A DNA stretch of 64,000 nt from the human T2T-CHM13v2.0 reference genome, Homo sapiens, in the NCBI RefSeq assembly GCF_009914755.1, contig NC_060926.1; one strand, 5' to 3'. Below are positions 27,259-41,745 of the stretch, piece after piece. The notes under the pieces are model-generated. The model made no database searches, was not told where the DNA came from, and was given only the letters and a program-made list of their open reading frames with translations. The translations under genes and the position numbers were made by a program. Position 1 is the stretch's first letter; each line of letters begins with the position of its first letter.

Positions 27259-28726
27259 ACCAAGATGGTAAAACATAACTATAGCTACAATAAATTAAGA
27301 AATGCACGATATTAAAAGATGTAAATAGCGACATCAAAATTTTAACTATTGGGGGTAGGGTAAAAATCTAGAGTGATTGTATGCAACTAAAGTTAAGCAG
27401 TTATCAGTATAAAACAGTCCATTATAACTGTGTTTTATGTAAGCCACATGGTAACCATAAAGCAAAAAAAAAAAAAAAAAAAAACTATAGCAGATACACA
27501 ACTGATAAAGAGAAAGGAATTGAAATTTAGCACCACACACACACACAAATCACCAAATCACAAAGGTAAACAATAAGAGAGGAAGGAAGAAACAAAGAAT
27601 CTATAAAACAAGCAGAAAACAATGAAAAAAATGGCAGTAGTAAGTCTTTACCTATCGGAATAATTACTCTGAATGCAAATGGATTAAATTATCTAATCAA
27701 AACACAGAATGGCTGAATGGATAAAATGTTATAGGAGTCAACGAGAGAAAATGAGCAGAGGTAGGAAAAAGGATACAAGTAGCAGATATGTAGGATGAAC
27801 AAGTCTGAAGGTCTACTGTACAGCATGAGGACTATAGTTAATGTAGTGTATTCAGGATTTTTGATAAATGAGTAGACTATAGTTGCTCTTGTCACAGTGG
27901 GGGAAATGGGTAACTAAGTGAGATGATGGATGTGTTAATTTGTTTCACTAAGATAACCATTTTACTATCTATATATGTATCCTATGACATCATGTTGAAT
28001 ACTTTGAACATACACAGTCAATTTTATTTTAAAAAATAGTAAAAAAGTAAAACAACAACAACAAAACCAAAGAAGTAAAGAGACTTGACAGAGGACATAC
28101 AATGAAAGCAGAGTGTTGGGGCTAGATATAAAATTTAACAGAGCTGCTCATTTTTGAAACCTTTTTATATTTAAAAGAAGTATTATGGAATACAATTTAA
28201 ATGGTATTCCAAGGATTTTATACATAGTATGTGGGTAAGGTAGATATTTATCCCCAGCTGAAAAGAGCCTAAAACTCTGATGACTTCCTTTAAAATGGGG
28301 ATGACAAATAGGTTTCACTTTGAAAATAAGTCTTGAGTGTCCACGATGTTGCTCTGGGCTGATATGGACTCCAGGTGGGGCTTTCAGGAACACAGTGCCA
28401 TGATGTTTTGGACATTGGAGGGCAGTGGTGATGCACATGCTTATTTTGGCTTTCCTTTCTCACGAGACTGTCCCCAATCTGATGATGGCATTTTTACCTT
28501 ATTTTATTAACCACAACGAGGTGCCTCCATTAAGAACGAATTTAGTTAAACTAAATATGATTTCACTGCTATTTGGGAAACAAAACATTCTTTTAAAATT
28601 GTTTCTAGGACTCTGGCAGCAATTAGAATCATGGCCAAAGAGTGTTAGAACTTTGTATATCATTGACCCCAATGGTTTTCAGCCTAAAAAAGCACTCATG
28701 AAATCCTTTTTGAACTTGGAATTTTA

Positions 28727-29000
<274 letters not shown>

Positions 29001-29099
29001 ATCAATCCACAGAAGAATGTGTTGAACTTGAAGCAAAGCAAATAATCCAAACAAGCTAACTTAACTACTCCCATTTCTGGTCTTCTGACCTCAATTAGC

Positions 29100-29245
29100 A
29101 GATAGAAGGATAAATATAACAGAAGGAAAGAAGGGTGGCAGGAGGGAATGCAAGATGGCATAAGAAGGAAAGAAAGAAAAAATGAAAAGAGAAGGAACGG
29201 AGAAAGGAATATGAAAGAAGGAAGAGAGGGAGGGAAAAGGACAAT
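29100..29245. repeat. GA-rich low-complexity tract
   Basis: Direct reading. Confidence 0.8.
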
Positions 29246-30091
29246 AACAGGTGGTAGCAATTTCAGCAAATTCCTGAAATAATGGAAAAATCTCTACATA
29301 AAAAAATGACAAGTTGCTTCTTCTTTCCCCAGCTTGTACCCCATATTCTACAAAACTTCTAGGCTTAGCTATTTAAAGGAAAATGAAAGTTAAAACCCAA
29401 TTCTAAGAGACAATATTTAAAAATGACAATTCAGCTTATTATTTTAAATCTAGAGTTTTTTCTAATTATTTTTGTAATGATTCTTTAAAAAATGGTTATA
29501 CTTTTATCTCTACATTTGGAGCTAAGACATTAATTCTCAGAGAAACTAAAAAGAGGTTATAGACCTGAAAAACAGAAATAATTGGACTTCTGGTACTAGA
29601 CTGTGATTAGATATTATTTAAGTATTAACTCCATCTAAAAGTTCTGCATGTAATTTCAGGGAGGAAGGTGTGTTACTAATAAGAGATTCAGAGTGTGGCA
29701 GAAAATCAATGAAGTAAATAATTATATAAAATTGTTTTCTAAATTATGTTTAATTTCTAGGGGAACAATAAACTCAAAACTAGAATAGAAAAAGAAATGT
29801 ATCTTATTTCTCTAATACAGAATGACTAACAGTGCAAATTTTTTAAAAGAGAAGAAAATGTTTGCTATGCTCAGATTATTTCAGTTTTTAGTATAAACCT
29901 AAATGCATTTGTTAAAATCACAGTCCCTTTGACATAACAGATATTGTCTAGTTACACATCTTTTCATATAAATATAAACTAGATTTAGCTAAGTTTACAT
30001 TATGAATTATTAGCAAAAAATAGAGAAATTTACATATATTGAGAGGACAAGTCAACAACACCTAAGAACAACTTAAAATAAAAACGCTTAC

Positions 30092-30235
30092 CAACTATTT
30101 CATGATCAATGTGGTTTAGATATTTTTTACATATATATGGCAAGGTGGACTCACAATCCCGACTCCTCCAGGCACTTGGCATAAATGAACTAAATGTTCC
30201 ACAGTGATCTTCAACAAATGGCTCAAAATTTACCT
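30092..30235 (-). CDS. PLA2R1: PLA2R1 exon 6, end of CTLD1
   Basis: tttcag|AG GTA AAT...ATA GTT G|gtaagc; 144 nt; VNFEPFVEDHCGTF...CESTLPYICKKYLNHIDHEIV. Confidence 0.98.
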
Positions 30236-30723
30236 CTGAAAATACAATGAGTGTCTTTAATATTAGAAGCAAAAGCAGTTAGTTTAATATATATTGAAAT
30301 GTGGTTTTCAGCATCGGGGGACAGCGTTTCTATTTGTCATATATAGTAAATCCTATAAGATGTTATCTATGATTTTGCAGTTACAGTCCAGGCATGTCAA
30401 TTAAATGATTTCCCAAAGATTCCAAAAGACCCACTTTTATTATCTTAAAGTAGAGAGATATTTTGCAATTTGTAGCTATTTTTAAAACAGCAGACTGGAA
30501 TCTTGGCTTACACCCAAATCCTCCTGCAACTTTGGCTAAAAAGCTTATCTTCCTGGTCCCTATTTTCTTGTTTGGAAAAGCTTGCCTTAAAGGAATTCAG
30601 TCAGGCTAAAAAATGTTTATACACTACTCTCAAAAAAGCATGTCCTATGTGCATGGGAAATGCTGCTGTGTAAGGGTGCAAGATGATGCCACGTGACGAA
30701 GGCAAAGAAAACACTGCGGGTAC

Positions 30724-30837
30724 CTGGGCTCCAATTCAGATAGTTGAGCGGCGTTCCATCAGACCACTGCCAGCCAGCGTCTTCATCCAGCTGATTGAGG
30801 CCCACCCACACCTCCACTGTTTTACTGCTCATGTGCT
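30724..30837 (-). CDS. PLA2R1: PLA2R1 exon 5, CTLD1 core
   Basis: tttcag|AG CAC ATG...AGC CCA G|gtaccc; 114 nt; [37 protein letters not shown]. Confidence 0.98.
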
Positions 30838-31845
30838 CTGAAATGAAAATTATGGAGCTTCAAAAAAAAAATCCAGTGTTACACATCTTTCTTGTTCTCC
30901 TATTCCTGGATCATGGAGTCAGAAACTAATTCCAGTCAATGACGGGAAAGGTGCACAGAATGCACGTGGTGCTTCTGAGTGATAAAGCAGGCTCCCACCA
31001 TCTTGAGAAACAGAGCAGGCTCACTGACAGCTGTTTTTCAACTGTGAATGCTTCATGCAAGTACCCAGAAAGGTTGCCTTTCAGGGTTGTCAATCTAGAC
31101 AAGGGTGCATGGTTGCATACTTGAGGCCATCTTACTTGAGTGAGCTCATGAACTTAAAGGTTTAATAGGGTGGAGGAAGAGGTGTGCAGGGTCAGTCCCA
31201 GAAAGTGAACAGAGGCACATCTTCAAAGGTAAAAAGGTGTGCTGAAGTAGATCAGGGAGGGGTGTACAGTGTGACAGCCACCAGGAGATGTCTGCTCAAC
31301 AGGAGGGACCAGAGTGTCTCGGGGGATCCCTAGCAGGTTGGGACCTAAGGCTGTGTGCAGTGCAAACTGGAGGCTGCTTCCACAGCTTGAGGTGGGAGAA
31401 GTTTAATGGCAGGCTGGCTCTGTGGCCCCTCCTCTTAACCAGTCCACTACAACTTGCAGTTTAATGCAATACCATTTTTGTTATAGATACTATGAATAAA
31501 AACATGCATTGACATGCAGAAAGACATAGTTATCAAAATTAAAGAATTATGGGAATTTTTCCTCAGTTTTTCTTTTTGTGCACCTAAATTTTAAACATTA
31601 TTCCAGAACAAATAGGTACTACTTATGCAGCAAAATTTCGGGGGGAAAAAAACCAAAACCTAGTGTCAGAAACATAATGAAAGTGGCAATTTTGTGATGC
31701 TTTGAAATGTTGCCATTTACTCGTTTAATCTATAAAGGAGAGCATTGTTCGCTTACAATTCACCTGATTCAGAGCCCAATTTATTTTTAGTCAGACGCAG
31801 GGGTCCTGCCTAAGATTAAGACCCTGACGGATAAGGGTTATAAAC

Positions 31846-31980
31846 AGGGTGACCGTATGCCCCCATTTTCCTGGAAAACTCATGGTTCATGCTGGTATTT
31901 CCAGAATAATTATTAATCACAGTCCCTTTTACTATCAAAAGAATCTCAGTTTGGATGATAGATTGTATGATTACCCAGGT
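31846..31980. mobile_element. MER94/MER81-like hAT-Blackjack MITE
   Basis: agggtgaccgtatg...aataattattaat...tttggatgatagattgtatgattaccc. Confidence 0.7.
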
Positions 31981-33339
31981 TGTGAAGGTCATTGTAGTCA
32001 TATAACAAGGCTGCAGCATCCTCAGTGACTAGATATTTCAATACAATTGTGAAAAACTCAAAGAACCTAACCCATTTAAGAAAAGAGAAAAAGGTGCTTT
32101 ATAATTTTGAGACTCCCAGAAATCAATAAACAGAAACAGCATACTATACACGGGTTTCACCCTTCCAAGTTTCTGTGGCATTCATATGGAATCTCTTTCT
32201 AATGTCTATTTGATTATTCCTTTCAATAGCACCATTCAATTGAATCGTTTAGCAGGTCTTATGATGATAAGAAGTGAAATGGATTGACAGGGCAGGGAGA
32301 AATTTTCACGTTTCACATCCAGGCAAGTGCCAAGTGATATTTTAAAATCTAGTTAAAATATTAAAACGTTAATTATTCTTATCTTAGAATTTTTTTGAAT
32401 ACCCATTGTGCAATTGTTTTAATAATGCAGATAAAAAATAATTGTGCAATTTATAACCTGTGTCTGAAGGCACAAAAAACCATCTATTTACCTTTAGGAC
32501 TAAGCTGGCCCACGATACTGTAATAAGAAACTCGAATTTAAATTCCTTTGGATATTTCTCGGCATTCATGACAGCTTAGATAATTCCTTGTACCATAGTA
32601 TATGTTCACCAGAATTAGCAAGAAACATTAGACTATTTTCATCATTAAAAAATACCTTGGTTGGAACAGGTTTCTGTCTTTATGAACAGACTTCTGTTTT
32701 TCCAAACAATTCCCAAAGACTAATTATAGAACTGAGGTAGTTAAATCAAAGTCCCTGACATGTCTTATTTTTTTAAATGGTTATTCAAATTTGATGAATA
32801 AGTCCAGACCTTCTCATGAGAAATCCTGGCAGTTAAGATAGATAATTGTAATTCATAAATGGCATGTAAACTTTTATATAAAAACCATTTCAGGCTTAAA
32901 ATGATTTTGAAAATTGATGTTTTCCTGCACTATGACTTACTCAAATCAAATTCAATAATAATTTCTGACTTTTAGGGTGGGCACACATTGCTCATTCATT
33001 TCTTACAATCCTTCTGGAAGATATTAACAACTTACAAAAGCTTTAAAGTGTGCTTACTTTTCCATCCAGTGAACCCACTTCTGCAAACTTATAGAGAAAT
33101 AATTGGGGATGTATGCACAAAGGTTTGTGCAGGGATGGTTTATAATACCAACTAATAAATACATAACAAAACAAATAGTTTTATCAATATCTCTAATATA
33201 TTACCACTAACTTATACTACTATGTAACCATTAAAAATTATGATGTAGATCTATATTTACAGATACGGGCAAATGTTCATTAAATGCAGGTAAATAAAAT
33301 AACCAGATTACCAAACTGTGTACGTAGTTGTTGTTAAAT

Positions 33340-33600
33340 GGTTAACACACACTGAGTGTTTGTTATGTGTGCCAGGCACTTTTCTATGATTTCACCTGTA
33401 TTAAAATATGTAAGCCACACCAGGAATTTGCATTGTTATTATTTCCACTTGGTAGAAGGGGAAATTGAGGCACAGAGCGGTTAAATCACTTGCTTGAGTA
33501 ACCCTGCTACTTAAGTGGTAGAGGCAGGATTCAAACCCAGGCAGGTGGCTCCCTGCTCCTAACCTGAGCAGGTGGTTAAATCACTTGCTTGTATCACTGT
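33340..33600. mobile_element. MIR with a local duplication of ggttaaatcacttgcttg
   Basis: gaaattgaggcacagagcggttaaatcacttgc...ggcaggattcaaacccaggcag. Confidence 0.75.
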
Positions 33601-33616
33601 GCAATAGCTGCCATGT

Positions 33617-34082
<466 letters not shown>

Positions 34083-34832
34083 TGAATTTTACAAATTATT
34101 CTAAAATAAACATGGACTACATATGCAATAAAATTTGAAAAACATTGGCATCAAAAACTGTTAATGAAAGTGACTAATTTTGTGATATTTTCTAATGCTT
34201 CCACAAGTTTTTAAAGAGGTGAATGTACACACATACAAATACATTTAATCTATAAAGAAGAAGTAAGAGGAGAGTTTAGGCAATGAGCGAAACATAAGTC
34301 TTAGTTTATCGGCACAATTCTTTTAACATATTATTGTCTATACTGTTAGTTAACATATATGTGCTTTTGCTTTTCCCACTAAATTTTAAGGTTTTGTTTT
34401 TGGGACCCACCAGAAGGCCTATGATGTACCTGCACATGGTGAATGATATGTAAGATTTTGTTTAATTAATAAAATGCTTAATGATTTATTAATGGAAATG
34501 GAATGGCTAAGATCTCCAGAAGAGCAAGCAAATAGCCCTTAAATTTAGAAATCTTCCTGATCCACTTGTTAGAACTGCAACTCTCCTGGGTCCCTTGCTG
34601 TGGCCTCAAATTCTCTTCTCCAAGGAGGAGAAAATAAGAAAGACATCACTGGATGCCAAATGGAATCACTCAAGGTTCATGGAAAAATTTTGGGTGAGAG
34701 TTTTGGGCCATATTATGGAAAGAAAAATATTTTTTAAGAACTTTTTGTCAGAATATATTTTTGTATATGTGAAAACAGTTAACAACCATCTTTTATTGTA
34801 TCAATATCAATGTGCGTCATCCACCTACTTAC

Positions 34833-35006
34833 CCCTTATGAAATTTTCTTCAGTTTCATCTGTAATACTTAACAGCGTACCTCCTTGCATCTGGCATGAA
34901 GAATGTGCCTCACTCCAAGAGAGAGATGAAAGCAGGTTGAACTGGTAGCAAATGTGTGAATTGAGGTCCTTCTCCCAAATAGTATCACAACCTACTTCTG
35001 CAGAGG
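34833..35006 (-). CDS. PLA2R1: PLA2R1 exon 4, start of CTLD1
   Basis: ttccag|CC TCT GCA...ATA AGG G|gtaagt; 174 nt; SAEVGCDTIWEKDLNSHICYQF...EENFIR. Confidence 0.98.
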
Positions 35007-36522
35007 CTGGAAACAATGGCCATTAAAAACAACCAAGTCTTATTTTATCTATACAGCAACATATTTCTAAGGTAAGTCTGAATGGAATTATTCCATCTTG
35101 CAATCTCTAAAACTTCAGGGCCTTATCTATTCTTGATTAGGTCTTTATGATAAAATCTGCATTGTTATTCCATTGCTAAGATATGGTTAAACTCTTTCAT
35201 GATTTACCTAAAGAAATATAAGAAATCACCAATGAAGAAGCTATGATCCTTTCCAGAGTAATAATAGGAACCAGTTTTAAGAGAAGGAAGTAGAAGCGAA
35301 GTATTTGTGAAAATAAGATCTAAGTTCTTTTGTCATTTAGAACTTTATATTGAAAACTTGTAACTTTAAATGTTCATTTTAGTAGATACAAATGTTATTT
35401 CAAAGGCATTTCTCCCTAAATACAAAATGCTAAAATAAAAGGATACAGTAGGAATATGAGTCAATAGTAAACACAAGTTTTCAAATAAACATCAAGCACA
35501 GGAACACTGACATATAGTTTAAGAAAGTTCTTTCAGCCAAGAGGAATAGAAGCAAGATCCACTTGTAAGACACTGGCCGAAGATTGCATAGTGTGCTCAA
35601 AAGGAAATGTAATAAAGTATGAAATGTGGAGCTGAAGTCTGAAGTTTTTTTTGAAATAACAGAAAATTAAGACTGAGTTTGGGTGCTTTTGCTAACATTT
35701 AAAATCAAACTCCAAGGTGAACTAAGTAGCCACAATAATGACCGGAAACCAAACTCAGACAGAGAATGTCAGAATACAGAGAATGTGAGTCATACTGCAG
35801 CATGACTGAAAATGACTGACAGGCAACCAGCTGAAGTCTAGGATGGCCTTTCCCAAAGTGTGATTCCCAAAGTAAGACAACTTTAAGAGGCTCCCCAAGA
35901 AAATCTGGACACAATGCATACATAGCGTTCTCTGGGAAATTCACAATGAACATTAGCATATTCAAGGCTCTGAGAAGTTCTGTAGTAAAGAAACATGCTT
36001 ACTGTTAATTTAGTGTACTTCAAACTTATTTGACAATAAAATCTTTTTTGTTTGTTTTTTTTTCCTCCCTCAAAACAGTTAGATGGTCCCCTTGGGAAAT
36101 GTGGAAAGTTTATTTTCATGTCTGGTTGCAACACACATTCCAGAGGTTTTAAATCACTTATAAATCTAAGGTTGTCTATAGAGTTTCCTGACTGATACAT
36201 GTGTTTATAGAAGGATCCAAGATTAAAGGAAGGCAGAAGACAAGGCTATCACCAAGTAACACTGAAGGGAAGGAAAAGAAAGAAAGGAAAAAGAGAAGGG
36301 AAATTTTCAGTAACCATTTTGCCCAGGTGGCTGAAATTTCCCCATTGAGATGGAATCCTTAAAGATTGTTTCCAGTTAAAATCCTAGGCCTTCCCTGAGA
36401 AGGACAATATACTACTACGTGTTACGAGACACTAGTTCAGCCATACTCATCCACCATGACAGCTGAGACCATGATGGGGGAGCGGGGGTGTGTTCATAGT
36501 TTTGGCATGCATAAGAATCATT

Positions 36523-36768
36523 TAGGACAGTCACAGTGGCTCATGCCTGTAATTCTAGCACTTTGGGAGGCTGAAGCGGGAGGATCACTTGAAGTCAGGA
36601 GTTCGAGACCAGCCTGGTCAACAAAGCAAGACCCTATCACTACAAAAAGAGAAAGAAAGATGCCGGGTATGGTGTCTCATGCCTGTAATCCCAGCCCTTT
36701 GGGAAGCTGAGGCGGGTGGATTGCTTGAGCCAGGAGTTCAAGACCAGCCTGGGCAACATGGTGAAAAT
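36523..36768 (+). mobile_element. Two tandem Alu left monomers (FLAM plus a truncated AluJ left arm)
   Basis: Both units begin ...gctcatgcctgtaat... and contain accagcctgg; no right-arm sequence. Confidence 0.8.
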
Positions 36769-37048
36769 TTTTTTAGTGCTGACATGACGCCACAAGTAGA
36801 AAATTCGACACCTGACCTCGTGATGGGTTTTGGTCAATACTTTGTTTCATGCACAAAATTATTTTAAATATTGTATAAAATTACCTTCAGGCTATGGGTA
36901 TAATGTATATATGAAACATAAATGAAGTCTGTGTTTACACTTGGGTCCTGTGCCCAAGAAACCTTATTATGTATATGCAAATATCCTAAAATCAGAAATC
37001 TAAAACACTTTTGGGCCCAAGAATTTTGGATAAGCGATACTCAGCCTG
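36765..37048. mobile_element. Tigger4/MER46 (Zombi) element missing its left end
   Basis: tgacatgacgccacaagtagaaaattc...aattaccttcaggctatg...ggataagcgatactcagcctg. Confidence 0.8.
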
Positions 37049-37679
37049 TGTAAGAATTTGTACTTCTGTACTGGCAGACACAAGTCCTTTCTCTGCTTCT
37101 CTAGGATAGGCTGCATGTCCCTCCAGGAACCTCATTTGTAAGTTTTAAGTAACAAATGGAATGAAAATGTTGTCATAGACACTGTGATGTGCTGCTCTCT
37201 AAGGACTGCTTTGGCAGAAGAGTCTCTTTGCCCTTTCACTCTCCCTTCCCAAGGGCAGCTGACACCATGACTGGTCAATGTAGTGGTATACTTAGCCCCT
37301 GTATCCCAACAAGGGGCAACTCTGAAGGGTCACCCCAGCTTGAGAACTCTGAAAATCAAAGGCTGGTGTCTCAGGTATGTTTATTATTCTTGAAAAATTC
37401 TAATCTAAGGGCTAAAATCCTATTGTTATATTCTTTACATCTTTGATTGTGTTTATATCATCTCTTCTATTGCTAAATTATGGGCTCCAGGGAAGCAATT
37501 GTGTCATATATAACTTTGAGTCTCCTATTATGTGATGAGAGATTACCAGAATCTTTTTCATGGTGTTATAAATAGGTGATTTTTCCTTCCTAAACTACAC
37601 CTCCTTTTTAATGAAGTGAAGTGCATACGTAGAATGACTTGGGAAGTGTTTCATCCTCTTCTAATTTCCCACTTAGTCT

Positions 37680-39920
37680 CATCCACTGAATCTAGCCATT
37701 AATGTATACCTTGTTTAAGGCCATCAATGACCCCTGTGTTGCCAAATTCAGCAACTGTTAGTTTGAGACTTTATCAAACAAGCCCCTTCATCAGCACTTG
37801 GCAGGCTGAGTTCCCTCTCCGTGCTGATTTACTCTCTTTTCTTGACTTCCCATGCCTGGCTACCCTTATTCCTCCCTGGCTGTCCCCTTTCAGTCTCCCT
37901 TGCTGATTTATTCTTCTCTACTCAAATTAAATGTTGGAGGCCTTAAGACTTGGCCCTGAGCCCCCTTCCTTTCTATTCTATACATTCTTTCTACACATGG
38001 CTATCTAACCTGTTCTCATGGGTCCATTTCCTATAACTTCCAAATACATAGAGACCATTACATCTACCTACCTAGTCCACATCTCTACATAACTGACTCA
38101 CATGTAACATGTGCAAACCCGAATAGTATTTAATTTTCTTTTCCAAATGTATATCTCCATAAACTTAGCTATGCATGTCAGAAACATGGAGTCTGAATTA
38201 ATGTCTCACTTTTTCTCCTAGCCTCCAAGTTCTTAGGAGTGAGAAGTCCTACTCCTGGTTAAAAACCTATATGTGATTCTTGAGGTCTGACCACAGGCAG
38301 TTACAAAGGCTTTACCTGGTAGGCCTCATGGGGGAAAGCTGCCCCTACCCCAGACTTGGTGCTGAGCTGGCACACTGCAGTTTCTAAAGAGAGTCATAGT
38401 TAACGGTTCAGGCCCCTCAAGCCCATCGTGCTCTGTGTTATTTGCATTTCTGGTGCAGGTGCCTTCCATTCCTAGGTCTCTTTCTATGTGAGGCCTTGGG
38501 CCAAGGTCCTCTTCAGGTGCCTCTGCTGAGGCTGGGATGGAGTGGGAAGGAGGGGAATCTTGAAGACACTTTTTCCCCACCCTGACTCAGTGCTCAGTAC
38601 TTTTCAACTCCTAGCTCTTCCTCTCACCTTACCCCAACCCAGAATCTATACAACTGAAAAGCCTTTGTTGTTGTTTAGTGTTCTCTCAATAGTGAGCTGA
38701 GCTGAACTCCACATCTGTGCTGATCCACTGACCCTCGATGGCTGTGCTGTTCCCTGGGGAAAAATGGAACAGGGGGAGGTGGCGAATTCTTCTTTTAGTC
38801 TCTTTGTTATACCATTGTAGTGAGTGATCAACAGCTTAACACCTTCATTTTTGGCTTGTTGCTTTAATCAGCTACTCCAACACCTGACAGCTCTGCTGTC
38901 TCCAGCCCAGCTAAGCTCCTGACAACCAGGTCCTGTTCAGTTTATCTACAAGTTAGATCTTCAATACATCCACATTTTTCCAATCCCCTTGCTGCCACCT
39001 AACTGAAGCCACCACTACTCCTGGCCCAGACTATTGCTCTAGCCTTCTACCTGGTCTCCAGGATTTGCCTATTGCTCCCTTCCAAGCCATTCAGTATAAT
39101 AGAGCCAGAGTAATCCTTAAATATATATTTTTAAAATCATCACTCCCCTGCTTAAAACCCTTTTGATAGCTTTCTTTTGCACTTAGAATTAGGTAAGTCC
39201 TTACCTTTATGACACTCATGGACTCTGTCTGCCCTTTCAGAGTGTCTTGTTTCTCTCTTCTTCATTCACTGTACTCTTGCCACATTGTCTTTCTTAGATG
39301 GCAATAACCTCTTTCCCCCCTCAAAACCTTCAGATATCTGGCCAGTGACATGCTGAGGGCTGGGGGTGGAGGAGCAGTCAGCCTGGACAGGTGGGCGTAT
39401 TTTATCACTGACATTGTTTGGAATGGTTAGAGCATGTGCCTGGTGACTCAAAAGCATGCTGTCTTTTACTTGGTTTTATTATTATTTTTTAGTTCTATTT
39501 AAACCATATACCCTCTTTATTGCCTGCATCCCATGCTGACCACTCCCTCTCCCCTTCCTTTGCACATGTCTGCATCATGCATCTCCGTGTGAATATCTCA
39601 TTTCCCCACTTTCCATTTTGACAACTTCTACTCATCTCTTGGGCTACAGTTCAAATACAACTTCCTCAGGAAAACCTTCCATGACTCCCAATTTTAACTT
39701 CGGTTTCTCACTTGTAATACTGTATTTTCTTAAGGTAGAACTTATGACAAACTGTAATTATGTATTAATTTGGGTATTATACTTGAATGTGAATTTCATC
39801 AGGGCAGGCACTATGACTTTCACATTTCACATTCACGGTTATAACCCCAGGAGCCAGAGAAGTCCCTGGCACATAGTAGGTGTTCAATACATATTTTTTA
39901 AATGAATAAATGGATGAATG
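37680..39920 (+). mobile_element. Dispersed L2 fragments
   Basis: Ends with the L2 terminus cctggcacatagtaggtgttcaatacata...aatgaataaatggatgaatg. Confidence 0.6.
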
Positions 39921-40154
39921 GTCTGTGGAAATGGAGGTCAAGGTCAGGCATGCATTGTTGTAGAAGTCAAGAGGAGACAGTGCCCTGAAGAAGGTATAGA
40001 CAATTCTTTTGCGAATTCTCTCTATTTAGAGGATGAGAGAGAGAGGTGTTTTCAGGAGGCAGAAATAGGGATGAAAGAATTGCAGTATTTTTAAGATGTT
40101 ATTTCAAGACTCGCACAGGTCTAACTGCTAAGGAAAAGGGCCCAGCAAAGAAGC

Positions 40155-40330
40155 ACCCAGGGGTGTGCACTGGAATCACCTAGAAGTTTGTTAAAACACA
40201 GATTGCTGGGCTGCACTTCTAGAATTTCTGATATGATGGTCTAGGGTGTGACTGCTACTTTGCGTTTCTAGCAAGCTCCCAGGGAATTCCAATGCTGCTG
40301 GAACGGGGACCACACATTGAGAACAACTGA
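40155..40330. mobile_element. MER5A
   Basis: gaatcacctagaagtttgttaaaacacagattgctgggc...accacacattgagaacaactg. Confidence 0.75.
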
Positions 40331-40671
40331 GATACAGGTTGGAGAAGGTTGGATGGGGCGCTCCAGAGCCCAGGTGGGGAGACTTGGCCCATGTAGGAGG
40401 AGGAACATCATCCTCGCGCATAGAAGGGAGGAAATAAAGATGGGCACAGATGCAGGTAGGCTTAAAGGTGAGAGAGCAGGAAGTTGCCAAACTGTCTGTC
40501 TGATGGATCTTTTTGCCATTATGAGGTAGGAACTGAGGTCAAATAATGAGAATCAGAAAGGAGATTGGAAGGTAGGGTTAGAAGTTAGAGGAGAATAGAG
40601 AGGTTGGCAGGGTCATTGTGGGGTGTGAGAACTGCATGACAGAAACATATAGCATTGCTGAGCCATGTTGA

Positions 40672-41070
<399 letters not shown>

Positions 41071-41745
41071 TGATCAGAATTATATAAAAATAAGGTTCAA
41101 GGGCAATCATATCATTTCACAGGTTGGTATCGTAAAAATATCTCAAATTAACTAAGTGTGATTCTGCAGCTCTGTAAGGCACACAACCAAGAGAGACCAG
41201 AATGGCCCATAATTGCCTCTAAACAAACCCAGAGAGATTCCTGTGTGTCATCCTTTTTGCTGAAGATGTTTTATTACATCCTTCACCGCTAGTATATATG
41301 TGTATGTGTTTATGAATACTACATTTAAATTTTGCTCATTTACAATCAACTTTTTTTTTAAATGTAGCATCATTTTACATTGAGATATTTAAAAAAATTT
41401 CCCACATAAGAAGGATGAGATACAGCAGTACAGACCTTTACTTTATTCCACTCACTCTTCTCTGTCCTATCCACTTGTTGACCCCATGGAAAGAGCTATC
41501 AGCTTGCTCAGGTTTCAATCTCCGACACGTCATTTTGAGTTATATTGGCTACCGGGAGCCAAAAGTAACAAGAAAGGAAGAAAACTGGCACTGAACAAAT
41601 AAACATGCTCTCTGCTGGTTGTGGTAAAGGGCAGGAGGGCTGGAATCTGGCAGGCTGTCAAGCAGAGGAAGCTTCTGAGCTGTACAAGGCTGAACAAATA
41701 GATGGTCTGGGGAATGAAAAGCCTGGAGCACCACTGAACCCAGGC

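Larger units (their letters stand above)
24995..28067 (+). mobile_element. L1MA-type element with 5'UTR and 3'UTR but ORF1 and almost all of ORF2 deleted; inserted into a MIR
   Basis: TSD caaagaagtaaggaga (24979-24994) / caaagaagtaaagaga (28068-28083); order is 5'UTR, inter-ORF region, ORF2 start (atggcagtagtaagtc at 27631), L1MA 3'UTR, A-rich tail. Confidence 0.75.
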
